Of a stretch of DNA of 64,000 bases, positions 47,427-56,280 are shown piece by piece; position 1 is the first letter of the stretch, and each line of letters opens with the position of its first letter. The DNA is from an uncultured bacterium (lineage in GTDB: Bacteria; Omnitrophota; Omnitrophia; Omnitrophales; Abzuiibacteriaceae). Made by a program: the position numbers and the translations under genes. Under the pieces are notes generated by a model. It worked only from the letters and a program-made list of their open reading frames with translations. It was not told where the DNA came from and ran no database searches. The DNA lies in assembly GCA_964387845.1 (NCBI GenBank), contig CAYLXA010000010.1:32001-96000 (forward strand), given 5' to 3'.

Positions 47427-47795
47427 GACCTCTCCCTCGTTAGACTTGTTATAAAGTGAGCCTGAGAATAGTGGTTATTTTATGCTTCGATAAATTTTTT
47501 GCAAGTACTTTCGAAATTTAATTTAAGGGGTTTGGTGCTATTAAGATCGGCAAAAGAGGCCTAAACATTAGGAGGTTACACGAAAGACAATAGAGAAGAA
47601 AGAAGGAAATAACCGACCGAAGTTAGAAAAGCCGGCTACGACTGTAACCGACCCCCGCCAGATAGGCGGAAAGGCAAAAGCCAGATTTCGAACCCAGTCG
47701 GAGAGTTTGTTTTCGAGTTGGGCTTGCCTTTTTCATAACTTCAAAGCCGTTGTTAAAGATCTAAAAAAACAAAATTAAAGCCTCTAAACGGTGAA

Positions 47796-47838
47796 AATCC
47801 CGCCCGCCACATATTCCGGCGGACGGGATTTTTAAATC
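47796..47838. terminator. GC-rich hairpin (AAATCCCGCCCGCC-loop-GGCGGACGGGATTT) followed by T/A runs; bidirectional rho-independent terminator candidate
   Basis: The stem and flanking U-runs are visible on both strands. It lies downstream of the small minus-strand ORF 47868..48008. Confidence 0.5.
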
Positions 47839-47867
47839 TACTTGTGGGTCAATCGATTCGGCTTATT

Positions 47868-48008
47868 TCACGCCGATTCGACGGTAGAGCAGCAATACAG
47901 CGCCGATTACAAAGAACGGCATGTAGCTAACCAGCGTTGTTCCAAAATGCAGCCCTACGATAATCCCCACCACAATACCTAGTGTTAAATGTTCGTCGAT
48001 CTTCATTT
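47868..48008 (-). CDS. Small (46 aa) hydrophobic protein
   Basis: MKIDEHLTLGIVVGIIVGLHFGTTLVSYMPFFVIGAVLLLYRRIGVK, preceded by a GGGGGTGAG RBS. It is below the ORF-track size cutoff. Confidence 0.3.
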
Positions 48009-48428
48009 TGCTCACCCCCTTAGAATTTCAGCTTCGGGCTCTCCTACTAAAACAGCCCGAGCCGACATCCTAAAGAACCAGGCCAGCCGCCGGCAGAACC
48101 GGTTTTTGGCCTACATAAAAGATAACTCAGTGAGAATTAATTGCAAGTTGAGTGCCCTTTTTCCAGATAAAAAAGACTTCCTTTTTTTAATAAAAAAAGT
48201 CAGGCCTTTTGAACTTTTAATTTTGTTAACACAGCACGATTTTTTTCTAACAACTTGGCATAAAAATTAGTCAGGATTTGAAAAATTGTGGTCGTTATTA
48301 TTATGGACTTGATTTGGAAAGCAGCTCTCTGATATTATTTTAGTCAGTCGCTGCATCCAAAGCGGCAAGTCTTTCTTAAAATTATTTGGGTCTTATTTTA
48401 GAAGCGAAGTTTTTGAAAGGAGAACGAA

Positions 48429-48740
48429 ATGCCTCACGTGATTACAGAAAAATGCTTAGGCGAACGTTACGCTTCTTGCGTTTCCGTATGCCCTGTCGAT
48501 TGCATTCACCCGGGAGATTATAAAAGCGAAGCTTTCATGATTATCGATCCCGAAACCTGCATCGATTGTGGTGCTTGCGTTCCGGAATGCCCGATCAATG
48601 CGATCGTGCCGTCTCCGGATGATGATCCCGCTTACGCGAAGATCAATGCAGAGTTAGCGGCTACCTATAAGAACAATCCGAAAGTTCCGGAACGTCCGCG
48701 CAACGATCCGCCGAAAAAACCAGGCAATAAGCTTTCATAA
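48429..48740 (+). CDS. fdxA: 7Fe-type ferredoxin (FdxA-like)
   Basis: C..C...CVSVCPVDCIH binds the 3Fe-4S/4Fe-4S cluster and CIDCGACVPECP the second cluster. An AGGAGA RBS is present. Confidence 0.9.
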   Translation: MPHVITEKCLGERYASCVSVCPVDCIHPGDYKSEAFMIIDPETCIDCGACVPECPINAIVPSPDDDPAYAKINAELAATYKNNPKVPERPRNDPPKKPGNKLS

Positions 48741-48747
48741 GTATTGA

Positions 48748-48790
48748 AAATACCCGGATGTCTTTAAGATATTCGGGTATTTTTATGCCT
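48748..48790 (+). terminator. Rho-independent terminator of fdxA
   Basis: A perfect 9-bp stem (aaatacccg / cgggtattt) is followed by TTTTAT. Confidence 0.6.
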
Positions 48791-48840
48791 AATTTCAGCT
48801 TTCCTTTAATCTGGAAATTGACTACAATCTTCTCCTCTTT

Positions 48841-49683
48841 ATGGCTCAGGGAAAATTACAAACAAAAGCAGCGCAAGGTATTTGGTTCTGGTTTAAGTGG
48901 ATCTTAGCTTCTATCGGAAGCTTCGTGATTTCCATCTTTTTCTGGGATTGGCTGCTCATTCAACGCCTCGGCAGCAATTTCAAAGACCCCAAAATAGCCA
49001 TTGCCTGGATCGCTGCCGTTTTCGGCACTTGGTTTGTTATTCTCATTTTGCTCATGGCTAAAAAGGAAAAAGTCATGGGCCATATGGATAATGACGATGA
49101 AGCCACAATCGGCTGGTGGCTGATTTGGATCGGATTTACGATCGGCTCCTTCTTTCTTGCAGTGTGGTTTTGGACCCCTTTCATTAAAGAACATTTCGGC
49201 AGCATCAAAGAATCCGGCACTTCCCTAATTTGGATTTTCGCCGTATTCGGCACCTGGCTGATCGCGCTCGTCCCGCTTATGATTTTCATGTACAAGAAAG
49301 TGGACCAAGCTTACGAAAAGGCGCGGATCCGGAAAGAGAAAACAGGCGAGCAAAAGCCGGGTGGACAATACCGGGACCCCGTAAAAATAAAAGCGATTTT
49401 AATAGAGCCTTCAAAGCGCGCGCTGCCGAAATCAATCGCAGCGCAATTGAAAGATGTGCCGCTCACGATTAAAAACGGCCATTTGGTAACCGCTGTTCTG
49501 AAGAACGGCAAACGAATTGAAAACGTGTTTGTGGCCGACCGGCACGAGGTTTTGGGAGTTTACGATCAAACTGAAATGCCGTTTGAAGTGAAAGACATCG
49601 CAACGCTCGAACCTACCGATTTGACAAACCCGCCCGATTTTACTCAAAAAGCTTGGCTTCGCTTGGATGGAAACGCGGCTTAA
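48841..49683 (+). CDS. Membrane protein with an internally duplicated Trp-rich 2-TM module and a C-terminal soluble domain
   Basis: WFWFKWILASIGSFVISIFFWDWLL...IAWIAAVFGTWFVILILLMAKK is repeated as GWWLIWIGFTIGSFFLAVWFWTPF...IWIFAVFGTWLIALVPLMIFMYKK. Confidence 0.55.
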   Translation: MAQGKLQTKAAQGIWFWFKWILASIGSFVISIFFWDWLLIQRLGSNFKDPKIAIAWIAAVFGTWFVILILLMAKKEKVMGHMDNDDEATIGWWLIWIGFTIGSFFLAVWFWTPFIKEHFGSIKESGTSLIWIFAVFGTWLIALVPLMIFMYKKVDQAYEKARIRKEKTGEQKPGGQYRDPVKIKAILIEPSKRALPKSIAAQLKDVPLTIKNGHLVTAVLKNGKRIENVFVADRHEVLGVYDQTEMPFEVKDIATLEPTDLTNPPDFTQKAWLRLDGNAA

Positions 49684-50048
49684 CGGGCCGGCGCAATATC
49701 CTGGACGGTTTTTTGATTGCAGACGCTTTTGAGGGTGAGTTCTGGAGCTTTTTGAATGCCTTCCGCGTAACCATACATCGGAATCGTATCCCACGGGCAA
49801 TTCTTCGCGCAAAGCGCACAGCCGATACAGCGCTCGATATCGACTTCGACCACCTGCTGAAATTGCGCGGCGCCCATTCCCGGTACAATTTCAATGCAAT
49901 CCACCGGACAAAAAATAATACACGCTTCACAGCCCGTGCAGCCGTTTTGATTGATGACCGCCAATTTGTTCGGCTCTCGTTTTCTCTCGGGTTTGCCGGA
50001 AATTAACGCCGGTCTCTCGCCTTTTCGAGCGGTATTTGTGGTCGCCAT
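49680..50048 (-). CDS. 4Fe-4S dicluster ferredoxin-domain protein
   Basis: Two cluster-binding motifs are present: CTGCEACIIFCPVDCI and CIGCALCAKNCPWDTI. Confidence 0.85.
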   Translation of the reverse strand: MATTNTARKGERPALISGKPERKREPNKLAVINQNGCTGCEACIIFCPVDCIEIVPGMGAAQFQQVVEVDIERCIGCALCAKNCPWDTIPMYGYAEGIQKAPELTLKSVCNQKTVQDIAPAR

Positions 50049-50078
50049 AATTTTCCTATTTGGGCAGTATTATATCTG

Positions 50079-51260
50079 TTATCGAATGATCGTCAAACTC
50101 GACGTATAGCCGTGAACGTGATTTCTATTATCGACCGGGCCGAATTCTCCATTAGCAAAAAACCCCGAGAGCGGGATCGGCCCCCGCATCGCCTGCACCA
50201 TTTTAGCGTCATGATCCAATTCGCCATACAAACCTTTTCCCCGCCCGCAGCAACTGACTAAAATCGCGCCTTCGGAAGTTTTGGATTTCCCCTGCTGTTT
50301 TAATTTTCCGAGAAGGATTTTTAAATCTTCTTTCGACGTTGCTGCGTCGCGAAGCTGAAATTGCAGAGTCTGGCCTGTTTCCAAAAGCGCACCGATAATC
50401 AAAGCACCGCTCGTTTCATCGATTCCCATAATATTGCGGATTAAGAAATCTCCGCGTTCAAAGTTGTACCGATTCTCATCCATCACAAGACCGACAAACA
50501 GCGAATGCTGCGCGAGCTGCTGATCATCGGGTAGCAGTGATTTAAATAAATCGCTTAAAACCTGGAGCGCCGGTTTTCCGGCCAATTCATAAAGGATATT
50601 GTTTTCAGATTTGGTGATAATCAGCGGCTCTCCGATCGGCCGGCAGCCTTGGGAAACCACGATCTCAAAATGGATATCGCCGGATAAAATAACACCCACT
50701 GCACCATCGGAAGCGATATCTGCATTTAAAGAAATCCAATTTTTTGCGCCTACCATTGCTCCGCTTGCTAATCCGCCCACCAAAGGCAAATTCTTGTAAC
50801 CTTCGTTGAAAAGTGTCAATAATTTACCGACGTCACAAGTCTGCGGATCCGCTAAGCAAATAAAATGAGGGTTGCTGGCGGGAACAATGTCGAAATATTC
50901 GACCAAATCCTTTCCCGATTCAAACGCTTCAAGTTGGTTTGCGGAAAGAGAAAACGGCATTACTTTGGCGCCGTCCAGATGCATGGCCATCACGGAAATG
51001 GCGGGTTCCATTTCGATTTCTTTTTTATCGCCTATGACACCACTGGAATTGCATGCGATCAAGCACTCCGCGGACGTCAGGCTTTTAAACATATCTAAGA
51101 GCGCTTTGGGTTCTGCGTGATAATGTTCGGAGAGAAACAAAACCGCAAGATCACAGCTCTTGCCTTTGAGATCGGTATTAACTTTGGAAGCCAAGAAACG
51201 GATGGCGTTGGAGCCATCCGTTTCTTGTGTAAATGCAGAAGAAAATAATTTTTTTCCCAT
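50079..51260 (-). CDS. FIST-domain signal-transduction protein (FIST_N plus FIST_C)
   Basis: N-terminal ..CDLAVLFLSEHY.. and C-terminal ..GFFANGEFGPVDNRNHVHGYTSSLTII match the FIST N/C patterns. Confidence 0.6.
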   Translation of the reverse strand: MGKKLFSSAFTQETDGSNAIRFLASKVNTDLKGKSCDLAVLFLSEHYHAEPKALLDMFKSLTSAECLIACNSSGVIGDKKEIEMEPAISVMAMHLDGAKVMPFSLSANQLEAFESGKDLVEYFDIVPASNPHFICLADPQTCDVGKLLTLFNEGYKNLPLVGGLASGAMVGAKNWISLNADIASDGAVGVILSGDIHFEIVVSQGCRPIGEPLIITKSENNILYELAGKPALQVLSDLFKSLLPDDQQLAQHSLFVGLVMDENRYNFERGDFLIRNIMGIDETSGALIIGALLETGQTLQFQLRDAATSKEDLKILLGKLKQQGKSKTSEGAILVSCCGRGKGLYGELDHDAKMVQAMRGPIPLSGFFANGEFGPVDNRNHVHGYTSSLTIIR

Positions 51261-51316
51261 GCGAGCATTATAACATGCCCGGAATGGGGACTTCTAGGCT
51301 TGGAATCGAGAACTTA

Positions 51317-51544
51317 TCAGCAGCAAGCGCCGGAATGCGCTAGCGAAATCTCGATTGATTTCCCTTTCTTCGCAAAGCTTACTTTTCCTTCGCGTGCCAG
51401 CCAACCCAAAGCTTGATTGTACAGAGCTGCGTCGGAAATTTTTGCGCTTTTTTGAAGAGACGAAGTCGAGGCAGTTCCGCTTTGTTCTAAAGCTTGATAA
51501 ATCTTGCCCGCTGCTTCACCGATGTAGTAATTTTGGTCGCTCAT
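51317..51544 (-). CDS. Small winged-helix protein (DUF2582-like)
   Basis: IGEAAGKIYQALEQSGTASTSSLQK...ALGWLAREGKV matches the family pattern. Confidence 0.5.
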   Translation of the reverse strand: MSDQNYYIGEAAGKIYQALEQSGTASTSSLQKSAKISDAALYNQALGWLAREGKVSFAKKGKSIEISLAHSGACC

Positions 51545-51733
51545 GATTGATCTCCTTGCTTTGCTGTCATGATACAGCTAGGGTTGATGAAAGCTGTGAC
51601 TTGGGTCACTAATATTGCAGAATATTACGCTCAAAATCAACTTCAATGATTTGGATCAGCTAAAATTTTTTTCTCATCCACTGCTCACTTTTGTGGGAGA
51701 TAATAATTTTATCTTGTTATATAATAACCACTT

Positions 51734-52972
51734 ATGAAAAATTCGGCTTCGCTTTCCACTGTTTTCCTGGTGGTCATGATAGACCTGATGGGATTTGGAA
51801 TCGTCCTGCCGCTCTTGGCCTTTTATGGAACAGAATTTAAAGCCACGGCCGTTCAGATCGGGCTCCTCTACAGCATTTATTCATTCGCTCAATTAATCTT
51901 TTCGCCCATTTGGGGCAGCCTTTCGGACAGGTTTGGGAGGCGGCCCATCATGCTATTAAGCACTTTCGGATCTATTATTTCTTACGTTATATTCGGATTT
52001 GCAAATTCGCTGTGGATTCTTTTCGCATCACGCTTGATCGCAGGCATCATGGGCGGCAACATTTCAACCGCACAAGCTTACGTCGCTGATGTGACAACGC
52101 ACGATGAGCGCGCGAAAGGTATGGGTTTAATCGGCGCCGCATTCGGCATCGGTTTTGTGATGGGACCGGCCATCGCCACACTATTGATCCATCCTTCTTT
52201 TCTAAATTTCGCGCATATTCCGTTCGAGAACCGTTTCTCCATCCCGGGATTTTTTGCAGCGGCGTTGTCCTTCATTAGTTTTTTGTGTGTTCTATTTAAA
52301 TTGCCCGAAACGGTAAAATCAGGCGGACTGACGCCGGACAATGAGCGCATTGTCAGGCCGGGAATTTTCTCAAAATCGTTTTGGGAAGCGGTTTTTAATC
52401 AAACAAAATCCGGAGCCTCCGGTCTATTTGCAATGCTGATACTATCCGTTTTCCTGCTTTCCTTCTCACAAGCCAACTTGTACAGCGCTTTCCCGTTGTT
52501 TTGCAAAGATTTGCTTGGCCTCAATGCCGAGAAAGTCGGAATGTTTTTCGTTTATCTTGGCATGATCGCTGTTTTGATCCAGGGGATTTTTATGAAATCA
52601 TTGTCGCAAAAATTTGGCGAGCGAAATTTATTTCTCACAGGCAGTATTTTGATGCCCGCAGGGCTCTTTTTGATACCCTTTGCCCATTCGACAGCCATTT
52701 TGATGCTCTTTTTATGTTTAATGGCGGTTGGAAGCAGTTTGTGCGGCCCTACTTTGAACAGTTTGATCTCCAAAGAAGCGGATCCGTCAAAAGTAGGCGC
52801 CACAATGGGTGTTTCACAGGGCATTGCAAGCTTGGGCCGGGCAATCGGGCCCACATGGGGAGGATTTTTATACGCGCTTCACTATCATCTGCCGTTTGCA
52901 GTTACCGCGATTGTTTTATCGGCCACCATTTGGGTCGGATTAAAACTTCGTTCGCGGACACCTTCTCTTTAA
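51734..52972 (+). CDS. MFS transporter (drug:H+ antiporter-like)
   Basis: Twelve TM segments, with the MFS motif A GRRPIML between TM2 and TM3. Confidence 0.9.
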   Translation: MKNSASLSTVFLVVMIDLMGFGIVLPLLAFYGTEFKATAVQIGLLYSIYSFAQLIFSPIWGSLSDRFGRRPIMLLSTFGSIISYVIFGFANSLWILFASRLIAGIMGGNISTAQAYVADVTTHDERAKGMGLIGAAFGIGFVMGPAIATLLIHPSFLNFAHIPFENRFSIPGFFAAALSFISFLCVLFKLPETVKSGGLTPDNERIVRPGIFSKSFWEAVFNQTKSGASGLFAMLILSVFLLSFSQANLYSAFPLFCKDLLGLNAEKVGMFFVYLGMIAVLIQGIFMKSLSQKFGERNLFLTGSILMPAGLFLIPFAHSTAILMLFLCLMAVGSSLCGPTLNSLISKEADPSKVGATMGVSQGIASLGRAIGPTWGGFLYALHYHLPFAVTAIVLSATIWVGLKLRSRTPSL

Positions 52973-53157
52973 TTCTTCGCCAGAATCCAACCGATTAGAA
53001 AAATGAATCCGGATCCCAGAAATAAAGTAAGCGCTATCTTTTCACTGTGCAAAAATTCTCCGGCAAAGATAGCAGAAGGCATCACAATCAGGGCGGCTAA
53101 CTGCAGCAAACGCCCTATATAGTAAGATAACTTCTGCATACAAGCTACAAGCTGCAA
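52969..53157 (-). CDS. Small hydrophobic protein (start probably at the internal MQKLSYY)
   Basis: 62-aa ORF with two predicted TM helices. Its first codons lie inside the palindromic repeat. Confidence 0.35.
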   Translation of the reverse strand: MQLVACMQKLSYYIGRLLQLAALIVMPSAIFAGEFLHSEKIALTLFLGSGFIFLIGWILAKN

Positions 53158-53210
53158 GCTTCAGGCTTCAAGATTCCAACCTGCGGCTTGTGGCCTGCAG
53201 CTTGAAGCCG
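53138..53210. repeat. Palindromic intergenic repeat of the same family as 21593..21666
   Basis: tacaagctacaagctgcaagcttcaggcttcaag...cttgtggcctgcagcttgaagc, with inverted arms around an approximately 14-nt loop. Confidence 0.6.
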
Positions 53211-53479
53211 CGTTGTTTGGTTTTTCTATAATTGAGGAATAATACGGCGGCGAAACTTCCGATGATCAAGAACGGAATCGAGATCATAAACAAAACACTC
53301 CAATTAAAGCCCACCGATGTCCATATTTCTTTTAACTTACCGACCGCTTCTTTGCAGGCTGGGCACGCGTAGGCGCTTTCAGAAAACAGAGGACAGAGAA
53401 CAGAGAACAGAAAAATCCGGAATGTACGTTCACTCTGTGCTCTGCGCTCTGTGCTCTGTACTCTTAGTTGTTTCTGCAT
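53168..53479 (-). CDS. Small membrane protein with a CPAC motif; the annotated N-terminus is encoded by a long hairpin, so the true start is uncertain
   Basis: C-terminal part ...AYACPACKEAVGKLKEIWTSVGFNWSVLFMISIPFLIIGSFAAVLFLNYRK. The N-terminal 30 codons correspond to the repeat hairpin 53382-53465. Confidence 0.3.
   Translation of the reverse strand: MQKQLRVQSTERRAQSERTFRIFLFSVLCPLFSESAYACPACKEAVGKLKEIWTSVGFNWSVLFMISIPFLIIGSFAAVLFLNYRKTKQRGFKLQATSRRLES
53382..53465 (-). terminator. Long imperfect hairpin built from heptad repeats (ACAGAGA x3 versus CTCTGTG x3) followed by a U-run on the minus strand; probable terminator of the oxidase operon
   Basis: The 5' arm cagaggacagagaacagagaacag pairs with the 3' arm ctctgtgctctgcgctctgtgctctgtactc. 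The minus-strand transcript continues with UUUUCU. It lies 15-100 nt downstream of the DUF420 stop. Confidence 0.5.
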
Positions 53480-53480
53480 A

Positions 53481-53894
53481 TCACATCCTGTACAGCATCC
53501 AATAAATCACAACGCCCGTGATAGACACATAAAGCCAGACCGGAAACGCGATTTTAGCAATTTTCACGTGCTTTTCAAACCTGCTCTTGAGTGCTTGATA
53601 TAAAGATGCGATTGCAAGCGGCGGAACAAATACGGCTAAAACTGTATGCGAAATCAGAATCGTAAAATAAACCGGCCGGATCCAGCCCTGATGCGGAAAT
53701 GGTGTGCTTCCGTGATGAAAATGGTAATAAAGATAAGAAATCAGGAAAAGTGTGGACGTTACCATGGCAAAACACATGCAGAGCGCGTGTCCCGTCCATG
53801 CCCTTTGCTTGATCATGATAAAGCCCAGCACAATTAAAAGTGCACTGGTCGTATTGAGCCCTGCGTTTAATGCCGGGAGCGCCTCTAGATTCAT
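53481..53894 (-). CDS. DUF420 family membrane protein (cytochrome-oxidase-associated)
   Basis: Four TM helices with the conserved His-rich loop YYHFHHG. It sits in the usual position next to SCO1 and cox genes. Confidence 0.8.
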   Translation of the reverse strand: MNLEALPALNAGLNTTSALLIVLGFIMIKQRAWTGHALCMCFAMVTSTLFLISYLYYHFHHGSTPFPHQGWIRPVYFTILISHTVLAVFVPPLAIASLYQALKSRFEKHVKIAKIAFPVWLYVSITGVVIYWMLYRM

Positions 53895-54469
53895 AGGGAT
53901 TGTGCCTCGCTAAGAAGTTCTTTCATTTTACCGGGTTCCGTACTGTCAAAAAAACCCCGGATATTGCCTTCCCGGTCAACCAGCACAAACCGGCTGCTAT
54001 GCATAACAGGTTCAGCGCCCTGTTTTAAATCTTCGTCGCTTGCATCCTGAACGCCCAGCATAAATCCGCCCGAAACAAGTTCCCAGATTTTTGACTTGTC
54101 ACCCGTCAGAAAAACCCAGCGGCTTTCATCTGCGCGATATTTTTTCGCATAATCCGATAAAACTTGCGGCGTATCATAATCCGGATCCACACTGAACGAT
54201 ACAAACCGTACATCCGTTCCCTTCAAGTCATCCTGCAAATTCATCATCTGCCCGCTCATTAAGGGGCACATGCCTTGGCAGCGCGTGAAAATAAAATTGG
54301 CAATCCAAACTTTGCCTGTGAGAGAGTCGGATGAAAAAACATTGCTGCTTTGATCAATTAATTGAAAGTGCGGCGCTTTTCCGTAAAAAGATTGCCCGGA
54401 TTCTGCCAAAGCAATCGACGGGCTTAAAATCGGGAAAAGCAAAAAGGATAGAATGAGAATAAGTTTCAT
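53891..54469 (-). CDS. SCO1/SenC copper chaperone for cytochrome oxidase
   Basis: Thioredoxin-like fold with the CxxxCP motif FIFTRCQGMCP and a downstream His. Confidence 0.9.
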   Translation of the reverse strand: MKLILILSFLLFPILSPSIALAESGQSFYGKAPHFQLIDQSSNVFSSDSLTGKVWIANFIFTRCQGMCPLMSGQMMNLQDDLKGTDVRFVSFSVDPDYDTPQVLSDYAKKYRADESRWVFLTGDKSKIWELVSGGFMLGVQDASDEDLKQGAEPVMHSSRFVLVDREGNIRGFFDSTEPGKMKELLSEAQSL

Positions 54470-54478
54470 TAGAAAAAT

Positions 54479-55387
54479 TTATTTTAAAATGGCCGCTAAT
54501 GCGGAACGGATGTCGGGATATTGAAATTGAAATCCGGAAGCCTGTGTCTTTTTCGGTAAAACTTTCGCGCTTCCAAGCAGTAAAACAGACATTTCTCCAA
54601 GTAAGATTTTGAGCACAAATTCGGGAACCGGCATCAAGCACGGGCGGCTCAATACTTGCGCCAGCACCATAGAAAACGCTTTATTGGTAACCGGCTGAGG
54701 CGCCGTTCCGTTCAAAGCGCCGCTGACGCGTTCATTGGCGATTGAAAATTCAATTAATCTCACCAGATCGTCCCGATGAATCCAGCTCATCCACTGATTG
54801 CCGGATCCGAGCCAGCCGCCTGCGAAAAATTTAAACGGCGGCAGCATTTTCTGAAGTGCCCCACCGTCTTTTCCCAGCACAATTCCGATCCTGATTTTAA
54901 CCACACGAACGCCGAAATCCTGAACACGGATTGCGTGCGCTTCCCAGGCCTTGCAAGCACCTGCTAAAAAATCGGCTCCTGAGTTTGAATCTTCACTGAG
55001 CTCCTCATTTCCGCGCTCTCCATAAATACCGATTGCGGATGCATTGACCAAAACCCGCGGCTTGCGCTTGGCCCTTTCAATTGAGTGAGCGATGGTTTTA
55101 GTGGCATTCACCCGGCTGGTCAGAATTTTTTCTTTTTGCAATTTTGACCAACGCTTCCCCACAATCGGTTCTCCGGCAAGATTGATCACCGCGTCTGAGC
55201 CGTCAATTTCACGGATAATTTGATTGTCGATATCGGGATTCCAGACAACATGGCGGATTTTGCCGTGAATTTGGCCGGGCTTTGCGGTGCGGCGTGATAG
55301 AACAGTCAGGTCGTGCCCCTGCTTCATCAAGGAATTGACGAGAGCACGGCCTATAAAACCGGTGGCGCCGGTAATGACGATTCTCAT
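54479..55387 (-). CDS. TIGR01777 (YfcH-like) NAD-dependent epimerase/dehydratase-family protein with DUF1731
   Basis: MRIVITGATGFIGRALVNSL... and the C-terminal DUF1731 region. Confidence 0.85.
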   Translation of the reverse strand: MRIVITGATGFIGRALVNSLMKQGHDLTVLSRRTAKPGQIHGKIRHVVWNPDIDNQIIREIDGSDAVINLAGEPIVGKRWSKLQKEKILTSRVNATKTIAHSIERAKRKPRVLVNASAIGIYGERGNEELSEDSNSGADFLAGACKAWEAHAIRVQDFGVRVVKIRIGIVLGKDGGALQKMLPPFKFFAGGWLGSGNQWMSWIHRDDLVRLIEFSIANERVSGALNGTAPQPVTNKAFSMVLAQVLSRPCLMPVPEFVLKILLGEMSVLLLGSAKVLPKKTQASGFQFQYPDIRSALAAILK

Positions 55388-55677
55388 TTTATGAGTGGCT
55401 GCTTATCGAAAAGAACTAGAATGGTTAAAATACAGGCGAGAAAAAGCGGAAATACAACGATGAAGTAAATAATCAGCTTCTCAAATTTCAGATGCATATA
55501 GTAAAGTGCAACGAGCGCGGCTTTTACGATGGCGAGAAAAATTAATAAAAGCATAATTATAATTTTCGCGACCGGCAGCTGAGCGGTAAAAATTTCAAGT
55601 ATCGTTAGAATAAACAAACTCCAGAAAACCGCCGCATAATTGGGCTGCTTGTGGGCTGCTGCTTCTGTTTCGCTCAC
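55384..55677 (-). CDS. coxD: Cytochrome c oxidase subunit IV (prokaryotic COX4 family)
   Basis: 97-aa, 3-TM protein (...YAAVFWSLFILTILEIFTA..) positioned after coxC. Confidence 0.75.
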   Translation of the reverse strand: MSETEAAAHKQPNYAAVFWSLFILTILEIFTAQLPVAKIIIMLLLIFLAIVKAALVALYYMHLKFEKLIIYFIVVFPLFLACILTILVLFDKQPLIK

Positions 55678-55688
55678 TTTTTCTCTCC

Positions 55689-56279
55689 TTACACCAAATA
55701 CAAAATGGTAAACAAAATAATCCAGACCAAATCAACAAAATGCCAGTAAAGGCCGGCGAGTTCCACGCCTGCGTACTCTTCCGGCGTATATTTTCCGTAT
55801 AAACTTTTAATAAAAATAACGGCCAGCCAAACAACGCCTGCAAAAACGTGCGCGCCGTGAAAACCGGTCAGCGTAAAGAAACAGGATCCGAAAATGCTGG
55901 ATGAAATCGTAAATTCTTTATGATGAATGAGTTCCTGGTATTCGTGATACTGAATCGCCAAAAAGAGTGACCCAAGAAGAACCGTCAGAAAAAGCCCGAC
56001 ATGGAGACCTTCTTTATAACCACGCTGAATGCTCGCAAGCCCCATCACGAGCGTCATGCTGCTGCAAATCAAGATAAACGTATTAAAACCGGTTAACGGA
56101 ATATTAAGAACTGTAGCAGGATCCGGCCATGAGGCCATATTCTGAAACCGGAGCACGATATAAGCACCGATAAGCCCCGTGAAAAACATGATTTCGGAAG
56201 CCAGAAACAGCCAAATGGCGAACTTGCGCGAATCGACGCCGATTCCGCCCGTGTGTGAAGGTGTGTGGGTCTGTTCCAT
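55689..56279 (-). CDS. coxC: Cytochrome c oxidase subunit III
   Basis: A typical COX3 with its conserved His/Glu TM pattern (...FLASEIMFF..GFHGAHV..). Confidence 0.9.
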   Translation of the reverse strand: MEQTHTPSHTGGIGVDSRKFAIWLFLASEIMFFTGLIGAYIVLRFQNMASWPDPATVLNIPLTGFNTFILICSSMTLVMGLASIQRGYKEGLHVGLFLTVLLGSLFLAIQYHEYQELIHHKEFTISSSIFGSCFFTLTGFHGAHVFAGVVWLAVIFIKSLYGKYTPEEYAGVELAGLYWHFVDLVWIILFTILYLV

Positions 56280-56280
56280 A

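Noticed and set aside
47640-47720. A tRNA-like GGTTCGAAATC (T-loop-like) sequence in the long intergenic region upstream of tpsB.
   Set aside because: No acceptor stem, anticodon arm or T-stem complementarity could be built by hand. It is probably chance, though a small structured ncRNA in 47430..47870 cannot be excluded.
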